A stretch of 63,224 bases of DNA, counting the filler, from Octopus bimaculoides (taxonomy: Eukaryota), in the NCBI RefSeq assembly GCF_001194135.2. It is 3 parts of 3 records of this genome, joined end to end, with 100 filler letters (N's around TTAATTAATTAA, not from the genome) between each part and the next. Parts side by side here need not be neighbours in the genome. Positions count along the whole stretch, not along the records: positions 28,137 to 46,804 come from NC_068990.1; positions 46,905 to 63,224 come from NC_068992.1; 1 more part is not named here. The stretch is one strand, 5' to 3'. A model generated the notes under the pieces. That model was given only the letters and a program-made list of their open reading frames with translations, searched no databases and was not told the origin of the DNA. Within the stretch, counting starts at the first letter, position 1; each line of letters starts with the position of its first letter. Below are positions 46,437 through 57,769 of the stretch, piece by piece. The translations under genes and the position numbers were made by a program.

Positions 46437-46527
46437 CTAGCAGAAATACCCGGCGTTGCCCGGGTTAAAGAGAATAATGATATCTAAAAACGCCGTCTAG
46501 ACTACGCATCATCTTTATATATAGAGA
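46437..46527 (-). mobile_element. Minimal non-autonomous Helitron (91 bp)
   Basis: The minus strand reads A/TCTCTATATATAAAG...CCCGGGCAACGCCGGG TATTTCTG CTAG/T: 5' TC, GC-rich hairpin, 3' CTAG and AT target site. Confidence 0.8.
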
Positions 46528-47143
46528 TGTATATACACACACGCACCCAAACACACGTATATATATGTATATCAATATAAATATATGAAAGTCAATGAAG
46601 TTTCGTAAAAGAAGGTGATCATGTACATACTTTCTTGCTGTTGTGATTATAACACCTCATTGTAAACTATGTTCCTTGTTTTCCCTTGTGGAGCATATAC
46701 AAATAGGTTTTTTGTTGCTTCCCACTCTTGAGCAGCCAACATACAGTTGTCCATGTGAGAAGCAGGGCTCTTCCAAGAGAAGACCAGCTACAGACAGTGT
46801 TTGANNNNNNNNNNNNNNNNNNNNNNNNNNNNNNNNNNNNNNNNNNNNTTAATTAATTAANNNNNNNNNNNNNNNNNNNNNNNNNNNNNNNNNNNNNNNN
46901 NNNNACACACACACACACACACACACACAACATGCACATACACATAAGTAAGTTTTAAAACAGCCTTGAAGGGAAACAAAGGTAAGTGTGACGAATACGT
47001 GGCTTTAAGGAAAGAGGGAGTAAATTGACAACAATTGATGACAAGTCAACTCTTTTCTGTTGTCCATCGTAAATAAACACTCATACACAAACACACGCAC
47101 ATATATGCATATATATACATACATACATACATACATACATACA

Positions 47144-49080
47144 TGGTGGTTGTCTACTCCTTACTCAGAGTTCGACCAACACCTGTACCTACACCTTAGA
47201 ACCATCATGGCATCTGATGTGACTTTTTAAACCAGACAATGTTTTGAAAAGACACCCACATAGATTGCATATTCGATTTGGACCACCAAAAGCTGCAGAT
47301 AAGTTCTGATCTTTGTGGATCTTAAAATGTCTTTTGAGGCCTCCGTTAGATTTGCAAACCTTCTGGCATACATTGCATTGAAAGGTGTGCACAGACATAT
47401 AGGCAGAATAGTTGGTGGAGGTTCGTTTTCCATGGGTTCGCAAATGAGATTTGAGCCCAGCAAAAGAATGGCATGGTCTGTCATAAACTGTGTACACAAA
47501 AAGGTCATCGTGATTCACCTTCTCAATCGTAACATTCTTCCTTAAATCTCTCTTGAGTCTTGCATGCGTTATCATGGCCTCTTCAGACGCTTTCACTGCA
47601 CTCCACATTTTGTTCGCCATCCAGCTCGATTCGAAGCAAGGGTTTCTATTTCCTCTGGATCCATTCCAATGACGTCATAGTAGTCCTTGTGTCGTCCTTA
47701 AAACTTTTTTTAGATTAACGCCAATAACGTTTCCCCTCTGCAAGCTCACTATAAAACATTTGTTTGGGCATGCGTTTATCCGCCATTCGAACAATATGGC
47801 CACACCATCTCATTTGGTTTCTGAAAATCATAGCTTTAATTGAAGTGGTGCCTGTAGATGAAAAGACATCTGTGATTGGAGTAAAAGAACTCCATTTAAT
47901 GTTTAAAATGCGATGAAGGCATTTTTGGTGGAATTGTTCTAGCAACTTAAAATGTCTTTCATAACATGTCCATGTTTCACAAGAATACAACAGAGATGTT
48001 AAGACAAATGATTCGTAAAAAGCCAACTCTGTATTGTTATTAACATGTTGCTGGGGCCAACAGACCAGTTTCAGAATGACTGACAAGATCGCAAACATCA
48101 GCGTATAAAGGTTCTTTAAAGAGTGAAGTACCTTTCCAACCATAGACAAAAGCGAAATCCCATGAAAATTACCACATAGACCTTTTGGTCCCTATTTATA
48201 CAAGGAGACTAAAATGGCATCAATCTAGTCTTGAGGCACTTTCTCAGTTTTCCAACAGTGACAAATTAATATTTTTAAGAGTTCAAACATTTTGTCACCC
48301 CCATATTTCAAGACTTCTGCACAGATTCAATTAGACCGTGGAGACTTATTGTTATTCAGCTTATTTACAGCTAAATAAATGTCCTTTAGAGTTGGTTCAA
48401 ATGCCATCTCTTCTATAACTTGAAAGTGTTCGATTTTTCTATCATCCTCATGTCAGACGATGATAGTCTATTCAAAAGCTCAGAAAAATATTCTACCCAG
48501 CGCTTATGAATAGAAGTGGTTTCAGTCAGAAGAAAACGTCCATTTGCTGTTCTCACCGGAGCTATTGAAGAAGATTTTGGGCCATATACCTCCTTAACAT
48601 AAAAGTAAAAACCCTTGGTATCATTTCTATCAGCTACTTCTTGTGCCCCTTTTGCTCTATCATTCCACCATTCCTGTTTAATTTTCCTTAGAGCAGTTTA
48701 CACTTGCCTTTTCAGCTTTCTGTCAGCTTCGTTTGAGTTGGGGTTCAAGGACTAAAGAAGAAGTGTATAGTCTGAGTTTTGTTTTTCTGAATGTAGATCA
48801 TGAATTTCTGCTGATCTATCTGAGAACCAGTCACTGGCCTCTTGTTGAAATTATCATCAAGAAGTGTGCGCACATTCCAACAGCCAAAATTCAAAGGACG
48901 TTTATTTTAACTTTTTCTTGAAGATTGTTTGACTACAGTGGCAGGATGATGACCAGGTCCAGCCTGTGATACACAGGAACACTTGCCGGGCCAAAACTGT
49001 TCCCCTGACGTTCCCAAGCATTTTTTGCTATTTACTGAATCTGTTTAAGATGTTTTCGAGTAAGTTACAAGTGCATATTT
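47144..49080 (-). mobile_element. RTE (BovB-like) LINE with two internal deletions and three C-terminal C2H2 fingers; (ATGT)n tail
   Basis: NFGCWNVRTLL (APE start, about 48870-48900), RWVEYFSELLN and GISLLSMVGKVL. It then jumps to LLYSCETWT and MRWCGHIVRMADKRMPKQMFYSEL with no YADD, followed by the finger ORF 47189-47620. The 5' boundary is approximate. Confidence 0.9.
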
Positions 49081-49605
49081 AGGTTTCTGCCAACCAATCA
49101 ATTCAATGATTTTACTAAGATTTGGTGTACAGGAAGTATCTGTGCAGATGAAGAAATTTCTGTGAGTGTAGCTCACCTATTGGCTCAAGATGACTTTCGC
49201 CGGTGTGACATGAAAATTGGACAAAACCAGGAGCTTCCAAGGCCTCAGGTTTTATTTCGGAGATTTTCTTCTCCTAGGTAGATTATTAACCAAGGTTAAA
49301 GAGATTTTACCTGCCATGAGGTAAGCTATCCCATTCCAGACACCAAACTGACACCCAAACACCCTATAAAGTGGCCAAATATCACTCCGATGTCCAACGA
49401 GGAGTAGCGCATTCATACAAAAAAAGTACGACATATGATTTGCAAATATAAATAAGAATTAAATATGAATTATAAATATAAACATAAAAAAGTAAAACAT
49501 ATGCAATTAAAAATATAAACAAAGTAAGATTAAAATATAAATAATATATATATAAAAATAAAAACATATACATATATGCATATAAGAATAAAAAATATGG
49601 ACATA

Positions 49606-49829
49606 TTTACAGATATTTTGTTGGGTGGCCGTTGACTGCTCATGAGTGTCTCCACTCTTTGACGGGTTTTATTTTTCATCCCGCAGGGTGTCCAACAAAC
49701 ACCCTCCTCACCAAGCAAGCCTGGTGGGGGTTGCCAGTATAGTTGCCGACGACTCGACCATGCAACAGGTTGTACTGGATTACATGTTACCAGTAGCACT
49801 CAAGAGCGACCTGACATACATACATACAT
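49606..49829 (+). mobile_element. Retroelement 3' end with (ATAC)n tail, family unassigned
   Basis: GC-richer island ending GTAGCACTCAAGAGCGACCTGACATACATACATACAT; inferred from the tail structure. Confidence 0.45.
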
Positions 49830-51544
49830 ATTGCAGAAAAATGCTACTGAAGTTTAAAGTTGAATCATTTTCACCAAATAAAAAAAAAAAACAAGATTTA
49901 GAAGCTGGCATTTTCTGCATGATAGTTGTCTATCACAAAATGAACGCAAAATCATTATACGAGGAGAAATTTTTATTAATCAAACGAAAGTAAAGCATTA
50001 CGACAACCAAAGTTGTAAGAACTTCTGAAGTTTTAATAAGTTTTTTGTTTGCTTTTAATCTTTAATTCAATATTAAGAGTAGCAAAATTTAGATTATTAT
50101 TTCTTAGGGTAAATTGACAAGGTTTCTGCTTTCAGATATTATAATTCGATTTTCAGAGTAGCAGGACTCAGATTTTTTTTCAGGCAAGTTGACAAGAACA
50201 ATAGCTGAATTGCAGGCTTTATTTTTATTTTGCATGAATTTTGACTAACAAACAAACTTTTCCCTAACAAGGTCAGGTGGCCCCTCCTGCCTTACGGTGG
50301 CCGCACTAGCTATTTTTGAATTTTTAAAAAATTTATATTAGCCATGACTTTACTATTCATATGATCAGATTCTCTTCTTACTATATAGTTGACATATTCT
50401 CATACCTCTTCTTACTAGCTCTTCTTACTATATACAAATATAGCTAAGTTATTTCTTGATTTTAGAATAAAATTAGTATTACATTAATATTTGCAATTAT
50501 ATAGAAAATTATTTTTCATAATGAATTTTCGCACTTTCTTTTTTAGCGCATTCGTATTATGCCCTTTGTTTCAAAACCAAAATTTTATATACAGTGAAGA
50601 TATAGAATCTAACATTTTTTACAATTATTATTACATTTCTCATTATCTTAATTCAAATATTTTTTTAACAAAAGGATATTTATTAATTTTATTGCAGTGC
50701 ATGGAAAAAAAGTGGATTACAATAAAAAATGTGGGCGCACGTATATTTCATATTCTTAAGTTATTACACCTGGAAAAGTACAGAAGATTTCTACAGTAGA
50801 ATTTGCCTAATTTGTCACCTCTAAAGGAAACTAAAAAGTACTTAAAATTAAATTTCTACTTACTTAAAATATTGCAGACGCGAATAATATTTTTAAAATT
50901 AAAAGACATTATATCTGGTAAATTTGAGATAATTTATTTTTTAATTATGAGAATCTAAAAAACAAGTAAATTTTTGAAAACATAGTACAAAAATAGATTT
51001 AAACAAAAATTGTTTTAAATCATATCTTTTGATATATACAACTAAAATAGTCATTTTATGTAGATGTATCAAGTTCATACAATAAAATATGAAGTTGCAG
51101 ATAATATTGCACAAGATTATTTTTTCCCTTGAATTGAAATCCTATTACAAAAAAAATTGATTGTAGTAGAATGGTCATTAAATGGTTTCAAATCAACCAT
51201 ATGCTCAGTTACTTCTTCCACATTAAAGAAAAAAATTAATCTGACGAATAAATCATAAATAAAAGTTATTAGTTAGCATTAATACAGTAAAATTAGTCTA
51301 ATTCGTCTTTAGCTAATTCGTTACTTCACCTAATTCGTCACTTTCAATTTTCTCCAAGAGANNNNNNNNNNTTTTCCGTTTTTTGATGCATTTGTGGATA
51401 CAGAAGATATTGTCGCAGAGTTCTAAGATTTACACCAGTTATTTTGATGTCCATTCACAACTTTTCCGCATTACCCCCATCACGAAATCGTAGTATACAT
51501 ATTTGTGTACTAAGGATGAATATAAAAAGTGAAGTTGTAATAGC

Positions 51545-51940
51545 AGAAGTACTGGTTTCAAATTGGGGCCCAATGCCAACAATTTTAAGGAGAGGTGGCT
51601 TATCGATTATATCGACCCCAGTGCTCTATTGGTACATTATTTCATCAAGCACGAAAGGGTGAAAGGTAAGCTGATATGGGCAGGATTTGTGCTTGTCCAA
51701 TGCCCTAACGATTATGCCAGCTCGTTGCCTTAGATATAACGTTTCAAACCTTAACACAGGACCAGCGATTTTAAGAAGAATTTAGTCGATTACATCTACT
51801 TTAATACTCAAATGGCATTTATTTTACAACCCCGAAAATATGAAAGGTAAAGTCAACACTAGGACGTAACGAGTCGGAAGAAATGCCGCTAAGCATTTCG
51901 TCGTCTATCACACAAACGATTTTGCCATCTCGTCATCTTG
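51545..51940 (-). mobile_element. Two decayed family D SINEs in tandem
   Basis: GTTTCAAATTGGGGCC...GCCAGCTCGTTGCCTT (about 51555-51731) and GTTTCAAACCTTAACACAGG...GCCATCTCGTCATCTT (about 51740-51938). Confidence 0.7.
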
Positions 51941-52643
51941 ATAGCAGAAATAACAGTTTAAAATTTACTCACAAGGCAAATATTTTAAAGCGAGAATTTT
52001 AGTCGCACTCAGAACATGATAAATCCGAAGAAATATTGCAAGACGTTCTCACTATTCTGCTGCCAGCTTACACTTTTATTTATAATATTTATGATAAAAC
52101 CAACCAGAAATACTCGTGGAAATTCACAGTAAATACAAAAATGTTTAGATGGTTGGAAGTTTACACAGAATCATAAAAATTAGCGTTTGTTTTGAAACTG
52201 TATGTTCTGTATTATTTTCATTAGGAAAAGAAAACCTTTCATATCTTCTGGNNNNNNNNNNCGAGTCGGAAGAAATGCCGCTAAGCATTTCGTCGTCTAT
52301 CACACAAACGATTTTGCCATCTCGTCATCTTGATAGCAGAAATAACAGTTTAAAATTTACTCACAAGGCAAATATTTTAAAGCGAGAATTTTAGTCGCAC
52401 TCAGAACATGATAAATCCGAAGAAATATTGCAAGACGTTCTCACTATTCTGCTGCCAGCTTACACTTTTATTTATAATATTTATGATAAAACCAACCAGA
52501 AATACTCGTGGAAATTCACAGTAAATACAAAAATGTTTAGATGGTTGGAAGTTTACACAGAATCATAAAAATTAGCGTTTGTTTTGAAACTGTATGTTCT
52601 GTATTATTTTCATTAGGAAAAGAAAACCTTTCATATCTTCTGG
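51870..52643. other. 382-bp duplication flanking a 10-N gap (probable assembly artefact)
   Basis: 51870-52251 and 52262-52643 have the same length and appear identical on reading. Confidence 0.85.
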
Positions 52644-53181
52644 ATAAGGTTGAAATTAAAGGAACATGACTCCCATTCTCTCAGCAATTCAGGTGTTTGT
52701 CTATAAATCTAAAAGCTTCCGGTGTTTGTCTATAAATCTAAAAGCTCACAATGATTACAGAGAATATCTGTGTCACCAATGTTGTAACTTTCAACCATCT
52801 GTTTATAGTTTTCTGACGTTTCTCATTTTCATTTTCTGTTCTATCTTCAACACGTTCTCTTATCTGTTGTAAATACTAATTGTATTCTCTTTCATTCATA
52901 TTTTCCATTCAATGTTGCTGCTTCCGTGCTTGTTCCAATGATTCGACTCGCTGCTTCTCTTTACCTTGTGGCCTATACAGTTTCATTCTTTCTCTTGTTA
53001 GCTTAAATCATCTGTCATCCATATTTTATAAACATAAATTTCAAAGTGAACAGACGATAAATAATTGCACTTATGCGCATGTGTTAAGTGATGGATAATA
53101 TGTAAAATTTAGTTCAACAAAAATACTACATATTTGACTACACACTCACTCACTATCACAGTCACCACCACCACCACCACC

Positions 53182-53436
53182 TGAAGAGCTTACTTTCAAA
53201 ATCAGTTATATGCATCGGAATGACTTTTGAATAATTGTTTAAAACAACAACTTGAATATATCTGGTTTTCATTGGAAGACTAAGATTCACCTACTGTCTA
53301 CATGGCATCTATCTCAGTTTAACTGAAAAAATTTTCACGCGCGTGAAACCACCAGCAGCTTGCGAATTGTGTATTAATGGTTATCATGAAATAGACCAAA
53401 TATGCGCTTATACCGGTTTTGAAAGTAAGCTCCTCA
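53182..53436. mobile_element. MITE with about 20-bp TIRs (16-bp perfect core)
   Basis: GAGCTTACTTTCAAAA (53186-53201) is the exact reverse complement of TTTTGAAAGTAAGCTC (53417-53432), extendable by TGA(A/G) outward and weakly inward. Confidence 0.75.
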
Positions 53437-54163
53437 TATATATATATATATATATATATATANNNNNNNNNNNNNNNNNNNNNNNNNNNNNNNNNNNNNN
53501 NNNNNNNNNNNNNNNNNNNNNNNNNNNNNNNNNNNNNNNNNNNNNNNNNNNNNNNNNNNNNNNNNNNNNNNNNNNNNNNNNNNNNNNNNNNNNNNNNNNN
53601 NNNNNNNNNNNNNNNNNNNNNNNNNNNNNNNNNNNNNNNNNNNNNNNNNNNNNNNNNNNNNNNNNNNNNNNNNNNNNNNNNNNNNNNNNNNNNNNNNNNN
53701 NNNNNNNNNNNNNNNNNNNNNNNNNNNNNNNNNNNNNNNNNNNNNNNNNNNNNNNNNNNNNNNNNNNNNNNNNNNNNNNNNNNNNNNNNNNNNNNNNNNN
53801 NNNNNNNNNNNNNNNNNNNNNNNNNNNNNNNNNNNNNNNNNNNNNNNNNNNNNNNNNNNNNNNNNNNNNNNNNNNNNNNNNNNNNNNNNNNNNNNNNNNN
53901 NNNNNNNACAGACAGTGACAGGAAAGCTCCTCTTTAATGATATTCATTATGGTTCATTATATTCAGGAGGGTAGGAGGGTTCAATTAAATCCATTTGAAT
54001 TGGTTCTTTCTCAGGTATATCTTTATGTAAATCCTTAGGTGAACTCATTATCAAAAGGGTAGTTAAGTAGTATATCAAGGTGAGAATGGGTAGAAACTGC
54101 TAGTAGTTGAAAAGTCGTGTAAATAATGAGAATGAATAAGCAAAATGTTCTAGTATGAGAGAA

Positions 54164-54234
<71 letters not shown>

Positions 54235-54868
54235 TAAGCATTACATGAGATATATAGTGTTCAGTATATTATAGGGTATTCAATTCTGAGCGAGGGGGTG
54301 GGTGGAATTAATGAAAATATATTCTGGTATGAGAGGTATAGGTAGCTCTATATAGTCTTGGGAACATTAGTGGGAAAAGATGGAATAGGGCTAGCAGATT
54401 GGCATTCCAATTCAAAGAAGCTGGGGGTGGTGTGAATGTAAAGACCGACAGATAAGGGAGAGGATGAGACAGGGCAAATGCCAAACCTTGGGTCTAGGGT
54501 ATCAGGGAGAGGGTGGGAGTTGTGGATAACAAAGTGGACACAAGAAAGATAATAGACAAGTGTATATATGAGTAGTGAAATCTTACTGGGGTAGATATGT
54601 ATTGTTTACTTGCCACTAAGGAGAACTAGAATGCTAGAAATAGGTGTCGAACTGTAAAGGAAGGATTTAAGATTTAAGATTTAAGAATTAAGAGTTAAGA
54701 TTTACAAAGATGATATAAGACATGTGGTATAAAAATAATGTAAATAGCTAGAATAAGGAAGAAAAAATTAAATAAAGATAAATATAGATAGGGACACATA
54801 AAAAATAATTTATCTGTTTATCTATTTTTTTTATCTATTTACATACACATATAGACATACAGACAGAC

Positions 54869-54875
<7 letters not shown>

Positions 54876-54901
<26 letters not shown>

Positions 54902-54961
54902 ACTGGATACATTTCTTTTATTAGCCACACAGGGCTCAACGAAGATGGGACAAATACAATG

Positions 54962-55021
<60 letters not shown>

Positions 55022-55096
55022 CACATACATACGACCAGCTTCTGCACAGTGAGAGTGAAATCGCAGGAAACTTATTTACCATGCAACTGTACCAAC

Positions 55097-55147
<51 letters not shown>

Positions 55148-55177
55148 CAGTTGTCTGTCTGTCTGTCTGTCTATCTA
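54876..55177. repeat. 34-bp perfect inverted repeat enclosing complementary (GATA)n and (TATC)n tracts
   Basis: TAGAT(AGAC)5AACTGGATA at 54876-54909 versus TATCCAGTT(GTCT)5ATCTA at 55144-55177. Confidence 0.9.
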
Positions 55178-55219
55178 AATGTTTATACACACTCACACAC
55201 AAACACACACACACACACA

Positions 55220-55309
<90 letters not shown>

Positions 55310-55329
55310 TAAGGTTAAAGAAAATAAGT

Positions 55330-56070
55330 GCTAAACACAGTATCAAAACTTTATTTCAGAGAAACAGACATAATGTAAAGGCATCATATGCAACCTCCTT
55401 TTTAATTGTGGCAAAGAATAAAAGATGTTAAACTTAAAAGGGCTTGAAAAACACCATCACTGGAAGCTCAAATAATGAATTTACATTCAATCCTTGCATG
55501 ACTGACAACCAACAACAGTTAACCACAGAAAATGACATCTAGAACTAATAATATGCCTATAACAATGAACCTACAGAACCTGCACACCAACATTATGATG
55601 AATCCACAACCAATTATAACTGGAATGACAGGACAACCACTACACAACCTCCGGTCACCAACAACGGTCACAAATAGGTGCTCCTGCAAGGATAAATTTA
55701 ATTGCCCATTGGATAATCTTTGCATGACTCGTCGATAAATGCACTGTGCACACGAGGGGAGAGGCCCTTATGTGTACGTTGGTGCCACGGTTGATTCTTT
55801 CAAGAATCGATAGAGAAATATTTCTAGTTTGAAAACAAAACTGATGAGACATGTGACATCACTGGTGGATTTTCTATGGCAACTGAAAACCGACAAGATT
55901 AAATGAGATTTCACGGTCAATTATAAAATATGCAAAACTCTACAACACACATTCTAGGACCTGTGGATTGCGCTCTGAAGAACTCCTATCAATCTTGCTT
56001 ACTAGGGAAAAAGGAATTAGTAAATTAACTGAACGGATTACACGTTGTTTACATGCCATGAAAGCCACCT
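55330..56070 (+). mobile_element. Penelope-like element, GIY-YIG endonuclease remnant
   Basis: NRHNVKASYAT, CSCKDKFNCPLDNLCMT, YVYVGATVDSFKNR, TSLVDFLWQLK and a terminal CH motif appear in Penelope order, interrupted by stops. Confidence 0.75.
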
Positions 56071-56334
56071 TCAAATATTACCACCCTATAAACACGGCAC
56101 CTAGCTTCCATAATCCACATTGAACAGTGAACACCATGCTATCATTCCATACATTGCTATGTGCCCATGGACAGGCGTGTGGGCTTTTGCTCATGTGCTG
56201 TTTATTGTTCTGTGCCTCCTGGATGTGTATGAGTAGTCCTGTGTGTGCAATTTGCAGTGCATCTTGAAGTTGAACAATTGTGGTAATATACATTTTGTTG
56301 TTGTTACATTCCGTCTTCTCTTTTCATCTTTATT

Positions 56335-56411
<77 letters not shown>

Positions 56412-57769
56412 TGTGTGTGTGTGTGTTAGTAACCTCATTATGTCATGTAGGAAAGAGAGAGCACGTATGAATTTATACATAGAAGCCTGCATATATACAT
56501 AAACACATAGATACAAGTTTATTATATGTATGTAGATAAATTTAAGCGTATACATGCATAACACACAAACACATATATAGATGTGCATACATATACGAAC
56601 AAAAACATATGTATAAGTGTTGTCTTGCGTCCGTCATTGAGTACATACCACTACATAAATTATCTGTATTCATGTCATTGATCCACTCAGGTTATTTCTT
56701 TTAGATCCTTGTAATTATGTAGTTGTTTTAAAATATAGTCTAATTGGATATTGATCAATAAATTTTAAACCGCACGACCCAAACGAGCCCCAATTATTAA
56801 AACCGTTAGTATGGAAAAAATAAATGCAGCTTGAAGAAAAGTACGCTAAACAACTTCACATCAACGTTTCATTGATCTTTCCAGAACCACAATGCACACT
56901 AGCTGAAGGATAATCGGATGCAAGTGAGTACAAACAATAATAACCACATTCTACAGAGTGTGGAGAAAATTCTAAAAGAAGAGCATGAACAAAGAATACA
57001 ATAGCTGAAATCGTATTCATAATCACAATATAGTAAAAATAGCGATCTAAGTTTTCTATTCAGAAAGATATCTTATGCAACCCATAGAAATAAAATAATG
57101 CATGAACTTTCCAGAGTATAAAATAAAATGTCTCATAATATTAGAAATAATTAACCAAATTGGAAAACAAACCGACAGTAATAGATAAACTCCAAGCAGA
57201 AGGATATATTGAAATTAAAAAAATCTAAAACATAAACATTTTCAAATAATCGAAAAGAAAATATAGGAAACAGATTTAATAAGTAAAGCAACGATTTTAT
57301 AAATTAGAGAAAACAGTTTGTCACAAAAACTGAACGAATCAAACGATTCGTAAAAAGACGCAGTTGATGTAAAGTAAATATTATTATGAGAAATAAAAGA
57401 AAAAAGATTGTGCAGGTAACCAAATTTTGTAAAAAATATTGTAAATGAGGTCCTTGAAAAAGAAAAAAAAGGCATATTAAAATTCTGATAAGACATTACG
57501 TACGGCAGAAGGAAAAGCAGAAACAAAAGTTTAACCAGTTTAACCAGTGAAGCAGCAGAAACCGTGACTGAAACTGAACTAGTGACAGGCATGAAATTGC
57601 GCAGTATGTAATTGTCCCTATAACTATGGTATACTAGCTACGACTATCAACTCTACTGTATTCAACCACCATATGAAACTTTGTGTCTATGTTAAAATTT
57701 ATTATTATTATGTTGCTTTTTTTCTTCTTTCTTCAAATTTTCTTCCATTCCTCGCCGAGTGTTTTTCGT

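Noticed and set aside
47189-47620. Host C2H2 zinc-finger transcription factor gene
   Set aside because: It is colinear with RTE RT-thumb sequence immediately upstream and followed by the element tail, so it is part of the LINE.
51870-52643. 382-bp tandem duplication as a real segmental duplication
   Set aside because: The copies appear identical and sit exactly either side of a 10-N gap, typical of an unmerged contig overlap. Read depth would settle it.
52692-52746. 29-bp-period direct repeat, and a 7-bp GATTTAA run at 54664-54704
   Set aside because: Ordinary slippage duplications with no further structure.
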